Assembly: GCA_035560235.1 (NCBI GenBank)
Contig: DATMAG010000120.1
Span: 3,930-67,929 of the forward strand
Direction of reading: 5' to 3'
Origin: Blastocatellia bacterium
Lineage (GTDB): Bacteria; Acidobacteriota; Blastocatellia; RBC074
Length of the DNA stretch: 64,000 nucleotides
Shown here: positions 52,126-59,916 of the stretch, piece by piece
Position numbering within the stretch: position 1 is the first letter of the stretch
Layout of the letters: each line of letters begins with the position of its first letter
Position numbers and translations under genes: made by a program
The notes under the pieces: generated by a model
The model's input: only the letters and a program-made list of their open reading frames with translations
What the model was told of the DNA's origin: nothing
Databases searched by the model: none

Positions 52126-52608
52126 TCAGGCCGGGCGTCCGATGATCGGGGGATGGCTTTCGTAGCTGCCTGCTGCGTGCCGCTCACGGCGGCGCAGGAG
52201 CGTATCAAGGGCAAGGACATTGTACTCAGAGTAGAAGATCAGAAAGAACGTGCAGAGTGAATAGAGCAGATTCTGTGCGACTGTCTGCGGCTGTTGCAGC
52301 AGAATCACTCCAATCGTCAGCCCCATCATCAGGACTGCCATCAGCGACAGGCCCACCAGCGTAAACAGACCGAGCAGTACCAGCACGCCGACAATGATTT
52401 CAAGAAAGGGCAGAAGCAGACTGAAGAGATGAACCAGGCCGGACGGCGCAGGTGTCTTTGCAAACTGCCCGCCCATCATTTCGGCAAAAGCGCCCGGCCC
52501 CGCCATCAGCTTGCCGAGACCATAAAAGAGAAAGATCAGCCCGAGGCTGACTCTCAGCAAAAGGTATCCCCAGTGTTTGTAGCTTTCCATATGCTCCTCC
52601 CTTCGCAA
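52126..52608 (-). CDS. DoxX-family membrane protein
   Basis: Four TM helices and a DoxX-like N-terminus (YLLLRVSLGLIFLFYGLGKL). Confidence 0.6.
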   Translation of the reverse strand: MRREEHMESYKHWGYLLLRVSLGLIFLFYGLGKLMAGPGAFAEMMGGQFAKTPAPSGLVHLFSLLLPFLEIIVGVLVLLGLFTLVGLSLMAVLMMGLTIGVILLQQPQTVAQNLLYSLCTFFLIFYSEYNVLALDTLLRRRERHAAGSYESHPPIIGRPA

Positions 52609-53172
52609 TCAGGCTCCGGCCCGTGTTTCCGGCTGAGGACGCGCGTCGGGCGGCGGAGTCCCGGTTTCATCTTCTTCGTCTTCTGTCTCTTCAATCAAAG
52701 CCGGATTCAGATCAGCTTCACTGAGCCGTTCCATCAGCCAGTGACGAAAGATTTCAGCTTCGTGGCCTTTGCGCGTCCACCGCGCGCGATTGAACATCGT
52801 CATCGCCATCATCAGCGCGTGATGCTGCCCGGCGCGATCACCGGCCAGTTCAAACTGATGATACAGGCGATCAATCAAATCCACGCTCTGCCGCGCCGCC
52901 TCTTCATCTCTGAAGCCGAGCTTCCCGGCAAAGAATCTTGAGTAAACATTCATCGGCTGGCCGGTCGTCGTGTACAGATCGAAATAGCCGCTGATCAGTC
53001 CCGCCTGCTGCAGAACCGAAGCGACATAACCGGGCCGCGAGCCGGTAATCATTGCCAGATCCTCAACGCTGCCCACGCCGTTCGTGAAGAGCGCAATGAT
53101 CTGATCCTTTTTCGATACGCGCCGCTCGCGCTGCGCGCCTGATTCACGTTCACGCATTAAGTCTCGTTTCAT
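52609..53172 (-). CDS. hypothetical protein with putative N-terminal HTH and acidic C-terminus
   Basis: Upstream of and coupled to doxX; no confident domain. Start uncertain. Confidence 0.35.
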   Translation of the reverse strand: MKRDLMRERESGAQRERRVSKKDQIIALFTNGVGSVEDLAMITGSRPGYVASVLQQAGLISGYFDLYTTTGQPMNVYSRFFAGKLGFRDEEAARQSVDLIDRLYHQFELAGDRAGQHHALMMAMTMFNRARWTRKGHEAEIFRHWLMERLSEADLNPALIEETEDEEDETGTPPPDARPQPETRAGA

Positions 53173-53177
53173 ACACT

Positions 53178-53801
53178 GTGAATAGTATGCAAATTGCAAG
53201 CCTCATCGGTGCCATGCCGAAACAGCAGTTGAAGAAAAAAGCTGAGAATGAACGGCGGCTCGAAGAACTGGCCGCCGCAATTCGCGTCTGTGTCAGATGC
53301 CCGCTGCACGAATCGCGCACTCTGGCCGTGCCGGGCGACGGAACAGTGAAGGCAAAGGTGATGATTATCGGCGAAGCGCCGGGGCGCGATGAGGATACGA
53401 CCGGACATCCGTTTGTGGGCGCAGCCGGGCGCTTTCTCGACTCGGTGCTTGAGGGCAGCGGCATCAGACGCGAGGATCTTTTCATCACCAACACGGTCAA
53501 ATGCCGTCCGCCGCAGAACCGCACGCCGCGCAGGCTGGAAGTTGACACCTGCACCTCGAACTATCTGTTCGAGCAGATTGAACTCATCAATCCGCAGCTC
53601 GTCATGCTGCTCGGCAGCGTGGCGGCAAAAAAAGTGCTGGGAATCAAAACCATCGGCGAGGCGCGCGGGCAGGTCATCGAACGCGACGGGCGCAAATATC
53701 TGGTCGGTTATCACCCGGCAGTCAGGTTTTATCGTGAAGACCTGGCCGAAAAGGTCAGAGAGGATTTCGATCTGCTCAGAAGAGTAATCGAACAATTGTA
53801 A
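53178..53801 (+). CDS. uracil-DNA glycosylase, family 4
   Basis: GEAPGRDED motif, Cys ligands (CVRCPLHE...) and an HPA(V) C-terminal motif. Confidence 0.75.
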   Translation: MNSMQIASLIGAMPKQQLKKKAENERRLEELAAAIRVCVRCPLHESRTLAVPGDGTVKAKVMIIGEAPGRDEDTTGHPFVGAAGRFLDSVLEGSGIRREDLFITNTVKCRPPQNRTPRRLEVDTCTSNYLFEQIELINPQLVMLLGSVAAKKVLGIKTIGEARGQVIERDGRKYLVGYHPAVRFYREDLAEKVREDFDLLRRVIEQL

Positions 53802-53862
53802 TCGCGCATTCTGTTCGCCGGACTGTCGGCCCGGCGAACAGTCAGTGAAAGGAGAAACAGTC

Positions 53863-54048
53863 ATGGCATCACACACTGATCCCGTCTGCGGAATGCAGGT
53901 TGATGAAGAGAATGCCGCCGGTGAATCGGAGTATCTGGAGCAGAGGTATTACTTCTGCTCGGAAGACTGCAAGCACAAGTTCGACCAGCGCCCGGAAGAT
54001 TACGTGGTCAGAAGCGGACAGGCCGGGCGCAGCGTGACGAGCGGCTGA
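53863..54048 (+). CDS. YHS/TRASH-domain metal-binding protein
   Basis: DPVCGMQV...YFCSEDCKHKF, with RBS AAGGAG. Confidence 0.55.
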   Translation: MASHTDPVCGMQVDEENAAGESEYLEQRYYFCSEDCKHKFDQRPEDYVVRSGQAGRSVTSG

Positions 54049-54091
54049 GGCGCTTCAGGGGCCGGGGCTCAACGGATTTTTTCAGGAGGAA

Positions 54092-54664
54092 GTGAGAATG
54101 CTGACCCGCTTGCGACGACGCAGAGATGAGGATGTCCTGAAAGGCCTGCTGGTCGGCGCGATCAGCGGGCTGGCTGCATCCTGGGTGATGAATCAGTTTC
54201 AGGCGTGGCTGAGCCATATGGCTGGCAGCGACGGTAATTCGCACGGCGCGCAGTCAGAGCAGCAGGGCACACCGCCGCACGGACAGCAGCCGCGCAGCGA
54301 AAATTCGGACGATGACGCGACTGAAAGACTCGCGGCTGTGCTGTCTGAAAACATTGCCGGACAGATGCTGACTGAAGACGAAAAGAAGTCTGCAGGCACA
54401 GCCCTTCACTATGCTTTTGGCGTCACGACCGGCGCGGCTTACGGCGCGGCAGCCGAACTGCTGCCACAGGTGAAGGCCGGAGCCGGAATACCATTCGGCG
54501 CGCTGGTCTGGCTGACGGCGGATGAGGGCGTCGTGCCTGCGCTCGGGCTGTCGAAAACGCCGACAGATTATCCGCTGTCAATTCATGCTTACTCACTGGC
54601 TTCGCATCTGGTCTACGGCGCGACAACCGAAGGCCTGCGCCGTGTGCTGCGCCCTTTGCTCTGA
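54092..54664 (+). CDS. DUF1440 family membrane protein
   Basis: Gly/Ala-rich TM helices in the typical DUF1440 pattern. Confidence 0.45.
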   Translation: MRMLTRLRRRRDEDVLKGLLVGAISGLAASWVMNQFQAWLSHMAGSDGNSHGAQSEQQGTPPHGQQPRSENSDDDATERLAAVLSENIAGQMLTEDEKKSAGTALHYAFGVTTGAAYGAAAELLPQVKAGAGIPFGALVWLTADEGVVPALGLSKTPTDYPLSIHAYSLASHLVYGATTEGLRRVLRPLL

Positions 54665-54767
54665 GGCGCGCTGTTCGAATTGAACAGGATCATTTGAAAA
54701 CAGGTCGTTCGGATCACGTGCAGAGAGTGAACTGAGAGCCGCCTGATAAATCACGTGGAGCAGATTT

Positions 54768-55277
54768 ATGTCACAGTTCAGCAGATGGAATGATGACCGC
54801 GAGCGCAGCTACGTCGAACGCGCCGCTGATGAGGTTCGCGCCTGGCTCGGTGACGACGAGGCTGTCAGGCGCAGGCGCGAGGATATGCGGCGCAACAGCC
54901 GGGGCGAGGGCCGTTACAAGGGCACCTTTGATCGCGCCGATCTGCATGGCTTCGGTTACGAAAGCGCGGAGAGCGGCATCCGGCAGCCGCGAACCCGTCA
55001 CGAATGGGAACGGATGCGCGGCCCGTATGCAGGGCGCGGTCCGCAGGGGGACAGGCGCTCTGATGAGCGAATCGCGGAAGAGATCAATGAGCAGCTGACG
55101 CATCACGGAATGATTGATGCCACACAGATTCAGGTCAGAGTGCAGGATGGCGAGGTCACGCATGAAGGCACTGTCGGCAGCCGCGCGGAGCGGCGCCTGG
55201 CTGAGGCCGCTGCTGAATCCTGCTCCGGCGTCAGAGAAGTTTTCAATCACCTGCGGGTCAATCGAAATGGTCAGTAA
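54768..55277 (+). CDS. SWFGD/BON-domain protein (short paralog of 46911-47977)
   Basis: Shares AWLGDDEA, GPYAGRGPQGDRRSDERIAEEINEQL and a BON domain (...ESCSGVREVFNHLRV) with the long paralog. Confidence 0.65.
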   Translation: MSQFSRWNDDRERSYVERAADEVRAWLGDDEAVRRRREDMRRNSRGEGRYKGTFDRADLHGFGYESAESGIRQPRTRHEWERMRGPYAGRGPQGDRRSDERIAEEINEQLTHHGMIDATQIQVRVQDGEVTHEGTVGSRAERRLAEAAAESCSGVREVFNHLRVNRNGQ

Positions 55278-55360
55278 CAGCAGATCGGATTTCAACTCAG
55301 TGTCTGGAAGCCGCAATTGAAAACTGACCGGAAAGTCTGCACTGCATTCACCAGAAGGTT

Positions 55361-56845
55361 ATGATGATCGCTTCAGTAAATCAGTGGCTGAAGCGCGCAC
55401 GCACGGCGGCCTGGCTGACCGGGCTGCTGTCGGCTGCCGTTGCGGGACAGAGTGTGCCGGGGCCGGGATTCAATCTTTTTTCGCCGCCGCAGGAGATTGA
55501 AATCGGGCGGGAATCAGCCGCACAAATCGAGCGGCAGGCGCCGCTGCTGCGCGATGCCACTCTCAGCAGTTATCTCAATCGCATCGGGCTGCAGCTCGCC
55601 GCGCAGGCTCCGGGCGAGCGTTACCCGTGGAGCTTCAGAGTCATCAATGTTCCTGACATTGCCGCATTCGCGCTGCCGGGCGGGCCTGTTTATCTGACTC
55701 GCGGAGCGATTGAAGCGGCGCACAGCGAAGGAGAGCTGGCCGGACTGATTGCGCACGCGCTGGCGCATATTGCCCTGCGTCACGGGGCCGGGCAGGCCTC
55801 GAAGGCATATCTGGCGCAGGCGGGCCTGAGCGTGATGGGCGGGCTGCCGGGCGGTGCGCTGGCCGGGATCATCGGCGCGGTGGGTGGTTGCGGACTCAAT
55901 CCGGTCTTTCTCAATTACAGCCGCGAGGCCGAGATGCAGGCCGATCTGCTGAGTGCGCAGATGCTGGCGCAGGCCGGATACGATCCGCGCGAACTTGCGA
56001 GCTTCTTCGAGACGGCGCGCCGCAGCGGGAATGCTCAGTCCGGGCAGACATCCTGCTTCAGCGATCATCCGTCGCTGCTCAGTCGGCGCGAGCGCGTCAT
56101 CCAGTCGGCCATGCAACTGCTCGTGCCGCGCCCGCTGCAGCGTGGCTACAGCTTCGATCAGATGCAGCATTACGTCGCAAGCCTGCCGCGTTCAGACCTC
56201 AGAAGCATTCCTTTTGGCGGCGCAGTGGCGGGTGTGTCGCGGCCACCGTCGGGCGCGGTGATTGATGTTCGCATCGAAAAGCCTTCTCCCCGAACCATCA
56301 TCTGGCGTCAGCCGGGGAGCCTTTATAACGTCGCTTATCCGGATAACTGGCAGGCCTGGCCGAGCAGCGACAGGTTCGGGGTGACTTTCGTTCCGGCGGG
56401 CGGAGCCGTGCAGAGAAACGGCATCGAGCAGCTTGTGTACGGCGCAATGATCAATCACTACCGCCCGCTTGGCGACAACAGCCGGTTCAGCGGGCGGCCA
56501 CAGCGCAGGCTGCGTTACGTCGGCGGACGCGGCGCGCTGCCCGAGGCGACGAATGATCTGCTCAACAGCCTCCTGCAGAATAATCCGCAGCTCGATTACG
56601 TGCGCGGTTCAGCGCGCCGGGGAACGATTGACGGAGGCCGGGCGATCACGCTGACGCTGACCGGACGTTCACCCATCACCGGACGCGCCCAGCAGGTGCA
56701 GCTTTACACGCGGACGCGCGATGAAGAGCGCATAAATGATGCGCTCTTCATCGCGCCGGATGATGAGTTCGCTGACCTCCGTCACATCTTCAATCAGATG
56801 CTGCGCAGCCTGAACATTGATGATCGGGCGCTGGACGAGAACTGA
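55361..56845 (+). CDS. M48/BepA-like peptidase homolog with HALAH in place of HExxH
   Basis: SEGELAGLIAHALAHIALRHG aligns to the BepA block NEAELASVMAHEISHVTQRH. The catalytic Glu codon reads GCG (Ala) at 55757-59. A signal peptide is present. Confidence 0.65.
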   Translation: MMIASVNQWLKRARTAAWLTGLLSAAVAGQSVPGPGFNLFSPPQEIEIGRESAAQIERQAPLLRDATLSSYLNRIGLQLAAQAPGERYPWSFRVINVPDIAAFALPGGPVYLTRGAIEAAHSEGELAGLIAHALAHIALRHGAGQASKAYLAQAGLSVMGGLPGGALAGIIGAVGGCGLNPVFLNYSREAEMQADLLSAQMLAQAGYDPRELASFFETARRSGNAQSGQTSCFSDHPSLLSRRERVIQSAMQLLVPRPLQRGYSFDQMQHYVASLPRSDLRSIPFGGAVAGVSRPPSGAVIDVRIEKPSPRTIIWRQPGSLYNVAYPDNWQAWPSSDRFGVTFVPAGGAVQRNGIEQLVYGAMINHYRPLGDNSRFSGRPQRRLRYVGGRGALPEATNDLLNSLLQNNPQLDYVRGSARRGTIDGGRAITLTLTGRSPITGRAQQVQLYTRTRDEERINDALFIAPDDEFADLRHIFNQMLRSLNIDDRALDEN

Positions 56846-56861
56846 CCGGAAGGCTCGGCTG

Positions 56862-57896
56862 ATGGACGTGATTCTCTTTCCCTTTGGTGATTACTGGTGG
56901 CTGTACGCAGGCTTTGTCGTCTTCGTGCTGCTGATGCTGGCGCTCGATCTGGGCGTTTTTCAGCGCCACGCGCACGCGGTTTCGTTTCGTGAGGCTGCGA
57001 TCTGGAGCGCCGTCTGGGTGATCCTCTCGCTCGGATTCAATTTTGCTCTCTGGCGCTATGCGCTCTGGCAACTGCCGCGCGATCCGCGTCTCGCGGCAAT
57101 TCCCGGTTTCGATCCCGAAGCGGCGGCGTGGCAGGCGGCGCTGGAATTTCTGACCGGCTATGTGGTCGAAAAATCGCTCTCGGTTGATAACATCTTCATC
57201 TTCGTTGTCATCTTCAGCTACTTCAATACTCCGGCCAGATATCAGCACCGGGTGCTTTTTTACGGCATCCTGGGCGCGCTCGTCTTTCGCGCCAGCTTCA
57301 TCGCCATCGGCACGGCGCTCGTGCAGTATCACTGGGTGCTGGTGGTCTTCGGCCTCTTTCTGATCGTCACGGGCGGGCGGATGATCTTTGCCGGTCGCGA
57401 AAAGTACGAGCCGGAGCGCAACCCGCTGCTGCGGCTCTTCCAGCGGCTGGTTCCGGTGACGGCTGAGCCTGAGGATGAGCATTTCTTCGTGCGGCAGAAC
57501 GGCAGGCTGCACGCCACGCCGCTGCTGATTGCGCTCTTCGTCCTTGAAATGACGGACATCATCTTTGCGATTGATTCGGTGCCCGCGATCTTTGCGCTGA
57601 CGAATGAGCCGCTGATCGTCTTCACTTCAAACATCCTTGCGATTCTCGGCCTGCGTTCGATGTACTTCATGCTCGCCGGAGCGGTGGAAAAATTTCATCT
57701 GCTCAAATACGGCCTGGCGGTCGTGCTTATCTTTGTTGGCCTGAAGATGGTCTGGCTCAATGATCTCTTTGGCGGCAAATTCCCGATCAGCCTCTCGCTC
57801 GGCATCATCATCTCAACCATCGGCGCTTCGATTGTTCTTTCGCTGCTCTTTCCGAAACGTGCGCAGGCGTGGCACAGGCGCGAGCGGCACATCTGA
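56862..57896 (+). CDS. TerC-family integral membrane protein
   Basis: TerC-like TM layout and conserved Asp/Glu in TM (VDNIFIFVVIF; LEMTDIIFAIDSVPA). Confidence 0.7.
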   Translation: MDVILFPFGDYWWLYAGFVVFVLLMLALDLGVFQRHAHAVSFREAAIWSAVWVILSLGFNFALWRYALWQLPRDPRLAAIPGFDPEAAAWQAALEFLTGYVVEKSLSVDNIFIFVVIFSYFNTPARYQHRVLFYGILGALVFRASFIAIGTALVQYHWVLVVFGLFLIVTGGRMIFAGREKYEPERNPLLRLFQRLVPVTAEPEDEHFFVRQNGRLHATPLLIALFVLEMTDIIFAIDSVPAIFALTNEPLIVFTSNILAILGLRSMYFMLAGAVEKFHLLKYGLAVVLIFVGLKMVWLNDLFGGKFPISLSLGIIISTIGASIVLSLLFPKRAQAWHRRERHI

Positions 57897-57971
57897 ATTG
57901 CGGCACGATGCCGGGCTGATGACTTTGTCCTCCGGAGGCGGTCCAGGGCTTGCAGGTGATGAGCGCGGAGG

Positions 57972-58223
57972 ATGCATCGGATGACTGAATGGGAAGACCC
58001 TGATCCTGAAAAAATTGCCTTCGAACTGATCGAGCAGTATGCGCCGGAGGTGGCTGAACTGCTGCTCGAAATGGCCGCACAGTCAGATTCGCTGCCGGAA
58101 CTGACCGCGCGACTGTACGACCTGGCGCTTGAGAACGATCTGCCCGAAGAGGATTTCAGAGCCGCTGCCATCGCGCTGCGTTACGCCCGCCGTTCACTGA
58201 CCGCACCTGTGCTGACTCACTGA
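57972..58223 (+). CDS. hypothetical small acidic protein
   Basis: ORF only. Confidence 0.3.
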   Translation: MHRMTEWEDPDPEKIAFELIEQYAPEVAELLLEMAAQSDSLPELTARLYDLALENDLPEEDFRAAAIALRYARRSLTAPVLTH

Positions 58224-58459
58224 TCCAGCGCCGTCACACACTCAGAGCATATTTCAGGAGCCGTTGTCGAACAGTTGCTCAATGCATTTTTTATACAGGA
58301 TTGTTCGCAGTGCGGGCAGCGGGCGTATGTTTTAGAAACAAGCGGCGGCTGCGCGGATTGAAAATCCTGAGCAAAGCGGCGACCGCAGGCGGGCGAAAAA
58401 CTGGCACATCCCTTGCGAATGTTCTGGTGAAGCATTCCGGATGAAGGGAGTACCAACTC

Positions 58460-58841
58460 ATGGCTTCAAAACCTGAGGCTGTTCGGCAGACGGCGGAGCA
58501 GATTCGCCGGTGTATTGAACTCTGCCAGAACTGCCACACTGTCTGTCTGCGCACCCTCGCTTACTGCCTGCGCATGGGTGGACAGCAGGCCGCTGAACAG
58601 CATCTGCGAGTGATGACCGACTGCGCTGAAATCTGTCAGACGAGCGCTGATTTCATGCTGCGCGGTTCCGATTTTCACGCCCGCGTCTGTGGCGTCTGCG
58701 CTGAAGTCTGCGTGCGCTGCGCCGAATCGTGCGAGGCATGAGGCATTCGGAGATGATGACCGGATGAAGGCCTGCGCTGAAACCTGTCGTGAATGCGCCG
58801 AATCCTGCCGCACCATGGCTGACACCGCAGCCGCATAACAA
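58460..58841 (+). pseudogene. Csp3-like Cys-rich four-helix-bundle (DUF326) copper-storage protein, apparent +1 frameshift at 58739-58763
   Basis: Frame 0 gives ...CAEVCVRCAESCEA then TGA. The +1 frame continues ...FGDDDRMKACAETCRECAESCRTMADTAAA, a typical DUF326 C-terminus. About 18 Cys in total. Confidence 0.45.
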
Positions 58842-58867
58842 CCCTGATTTCTCACGAAAGGCCAAAG

Positions 58868-59503
58868 ATGAATTACCAGGCGAAACAGTTCAATCTGAGC
58901 GGGCTCAGTGGCATCTCGGATCAGACGCTGGAGATGCACTTCAAGCTCTACGAAGGTTACGTCAAGGGCACCAATCTGCTGAATGAAAAGATCAGCGAAA
59001 TACTGAAGAGCGGAAAAGTCGAACAGGCGGATCAGCCGGCTTATTCGGAACTGAAGCGGCGGCTCGGCTTTGAATACAACGGCATGGTGCTGCACGAATA
59101 TTACTTCGGCAATCTGATGCAGGGCGGCGGCGGCGATGCGCCGTCAGGCTCAGGGTTTTTCCAGGCGGCGGAAACGAGCTGCGGCAGCTATCAGGTCTGG
59201 AAGGAGGATTTCATCAGCGTCGGCAGGATGCGCGGAGTCGGCTGGGCGATCTGTTATCAGGATCCGCAGAGCGGGCTGCTCTCGAATCACTGGATCACGC
59301 TGCACCAGGTCAATAACATCGCGGGTTTCACGCCCATCCTCGTGATGGATGTGTGGGAACACGCCTTTCTGCTTGATTACGCTCCGGCAGAGCGACCGAA
59401 ATATATCGAGGCTTTCTTCTCAAATATCAACTGGCAGGCTGTCGAAGCGCGCCTTGCAGGACCCGGTCAGACCGGGACGCAGACCCGTCGTTCGACTGTC
59501 TGA
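58868..59503 (+). CDS. Fe/Mn-family superoxide dismutase-like protein
   Basis: DVWEHAF motif and conserved His positions; the N-terminal region is divergent. Confidence 0.7.
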   Translation: MNYQAKQFNLSGLSGISDQTLEMHFKLYEGYVKGTNLLNEKISEILKSGKVEQADQPAYSELKRRLGFEYNGMVLHEYYFGNLMQGGGGDAPSGSGFFQAAETSCGSYQVWKEDFISVGRMRGVGWAICYQDPQSGLLSNHWITLHQVNNIAGFTPILVMDVWEHAFLLDYAPAERPKYIEAFFSNINWQAVEARLAGPGQTGTQTRRSTV

Positions 59504-59607
59504 TGAAATGAAAGTCATGAGACTGCGTTCTTTGAACTGACAGAAACGGCGCGAGGCGTACTGTCAGCCCCACCGCTGAACGCCACACTGGGTAAGGAGA
59601 ATATCAG

Positions 59608-59916
59608 ATGAGCGCCATGCTTCAACTTGTCAATCAGCAGCCGGAGCGGTCACCTCTGCAGGAGGTACAGTCAGGCAGGTTCGACACTCTCATCCAGCTG
59701 GGTGAATCGCTGGAGCAGAAACTGGCCTGCGCGCTGGCCTGGATTATGCAACTGCGGAGTGAAAACGAGCGCCTGCGCACTGAACTGATGCAGGTCAGAC
59801 GGGAGTTGATGATCAGAGAAACGCTCCTGCGCAATGCGGCAGTGCGCGAGCGCGAATTGCGTGTGCATTTTGCGCGCGGCGGGCAGCGCCAGTCCTCAGG
59901 CAGTGCCGGGTTATGA
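59608..59916 (+). CDS. small coiled-coil protein
   Basis: 102-aa ORF with heptad periodicity (LRSENERLRTELMQVRRELMIRE). Its stop overlaps the next start (ATGA). Confidence 0.35.
   Translation: MSAMLQLVNQQPERSPLQEVQSGRFDTLIQLGESLEQKLACALAWIMQLRSENERLRTELMQVRRELMIRETLLRNAAVRERELRVHFARGGQRQSSGSAGL

Noticed and set aside
58217-58456. 79-aa minus-strand ORF with CxxC pairs
   Set aside because: Third-codon positions are A/T-rich, unlike real genes here. The region is the lower-GC promoter and leader of the Csp3-like gene.
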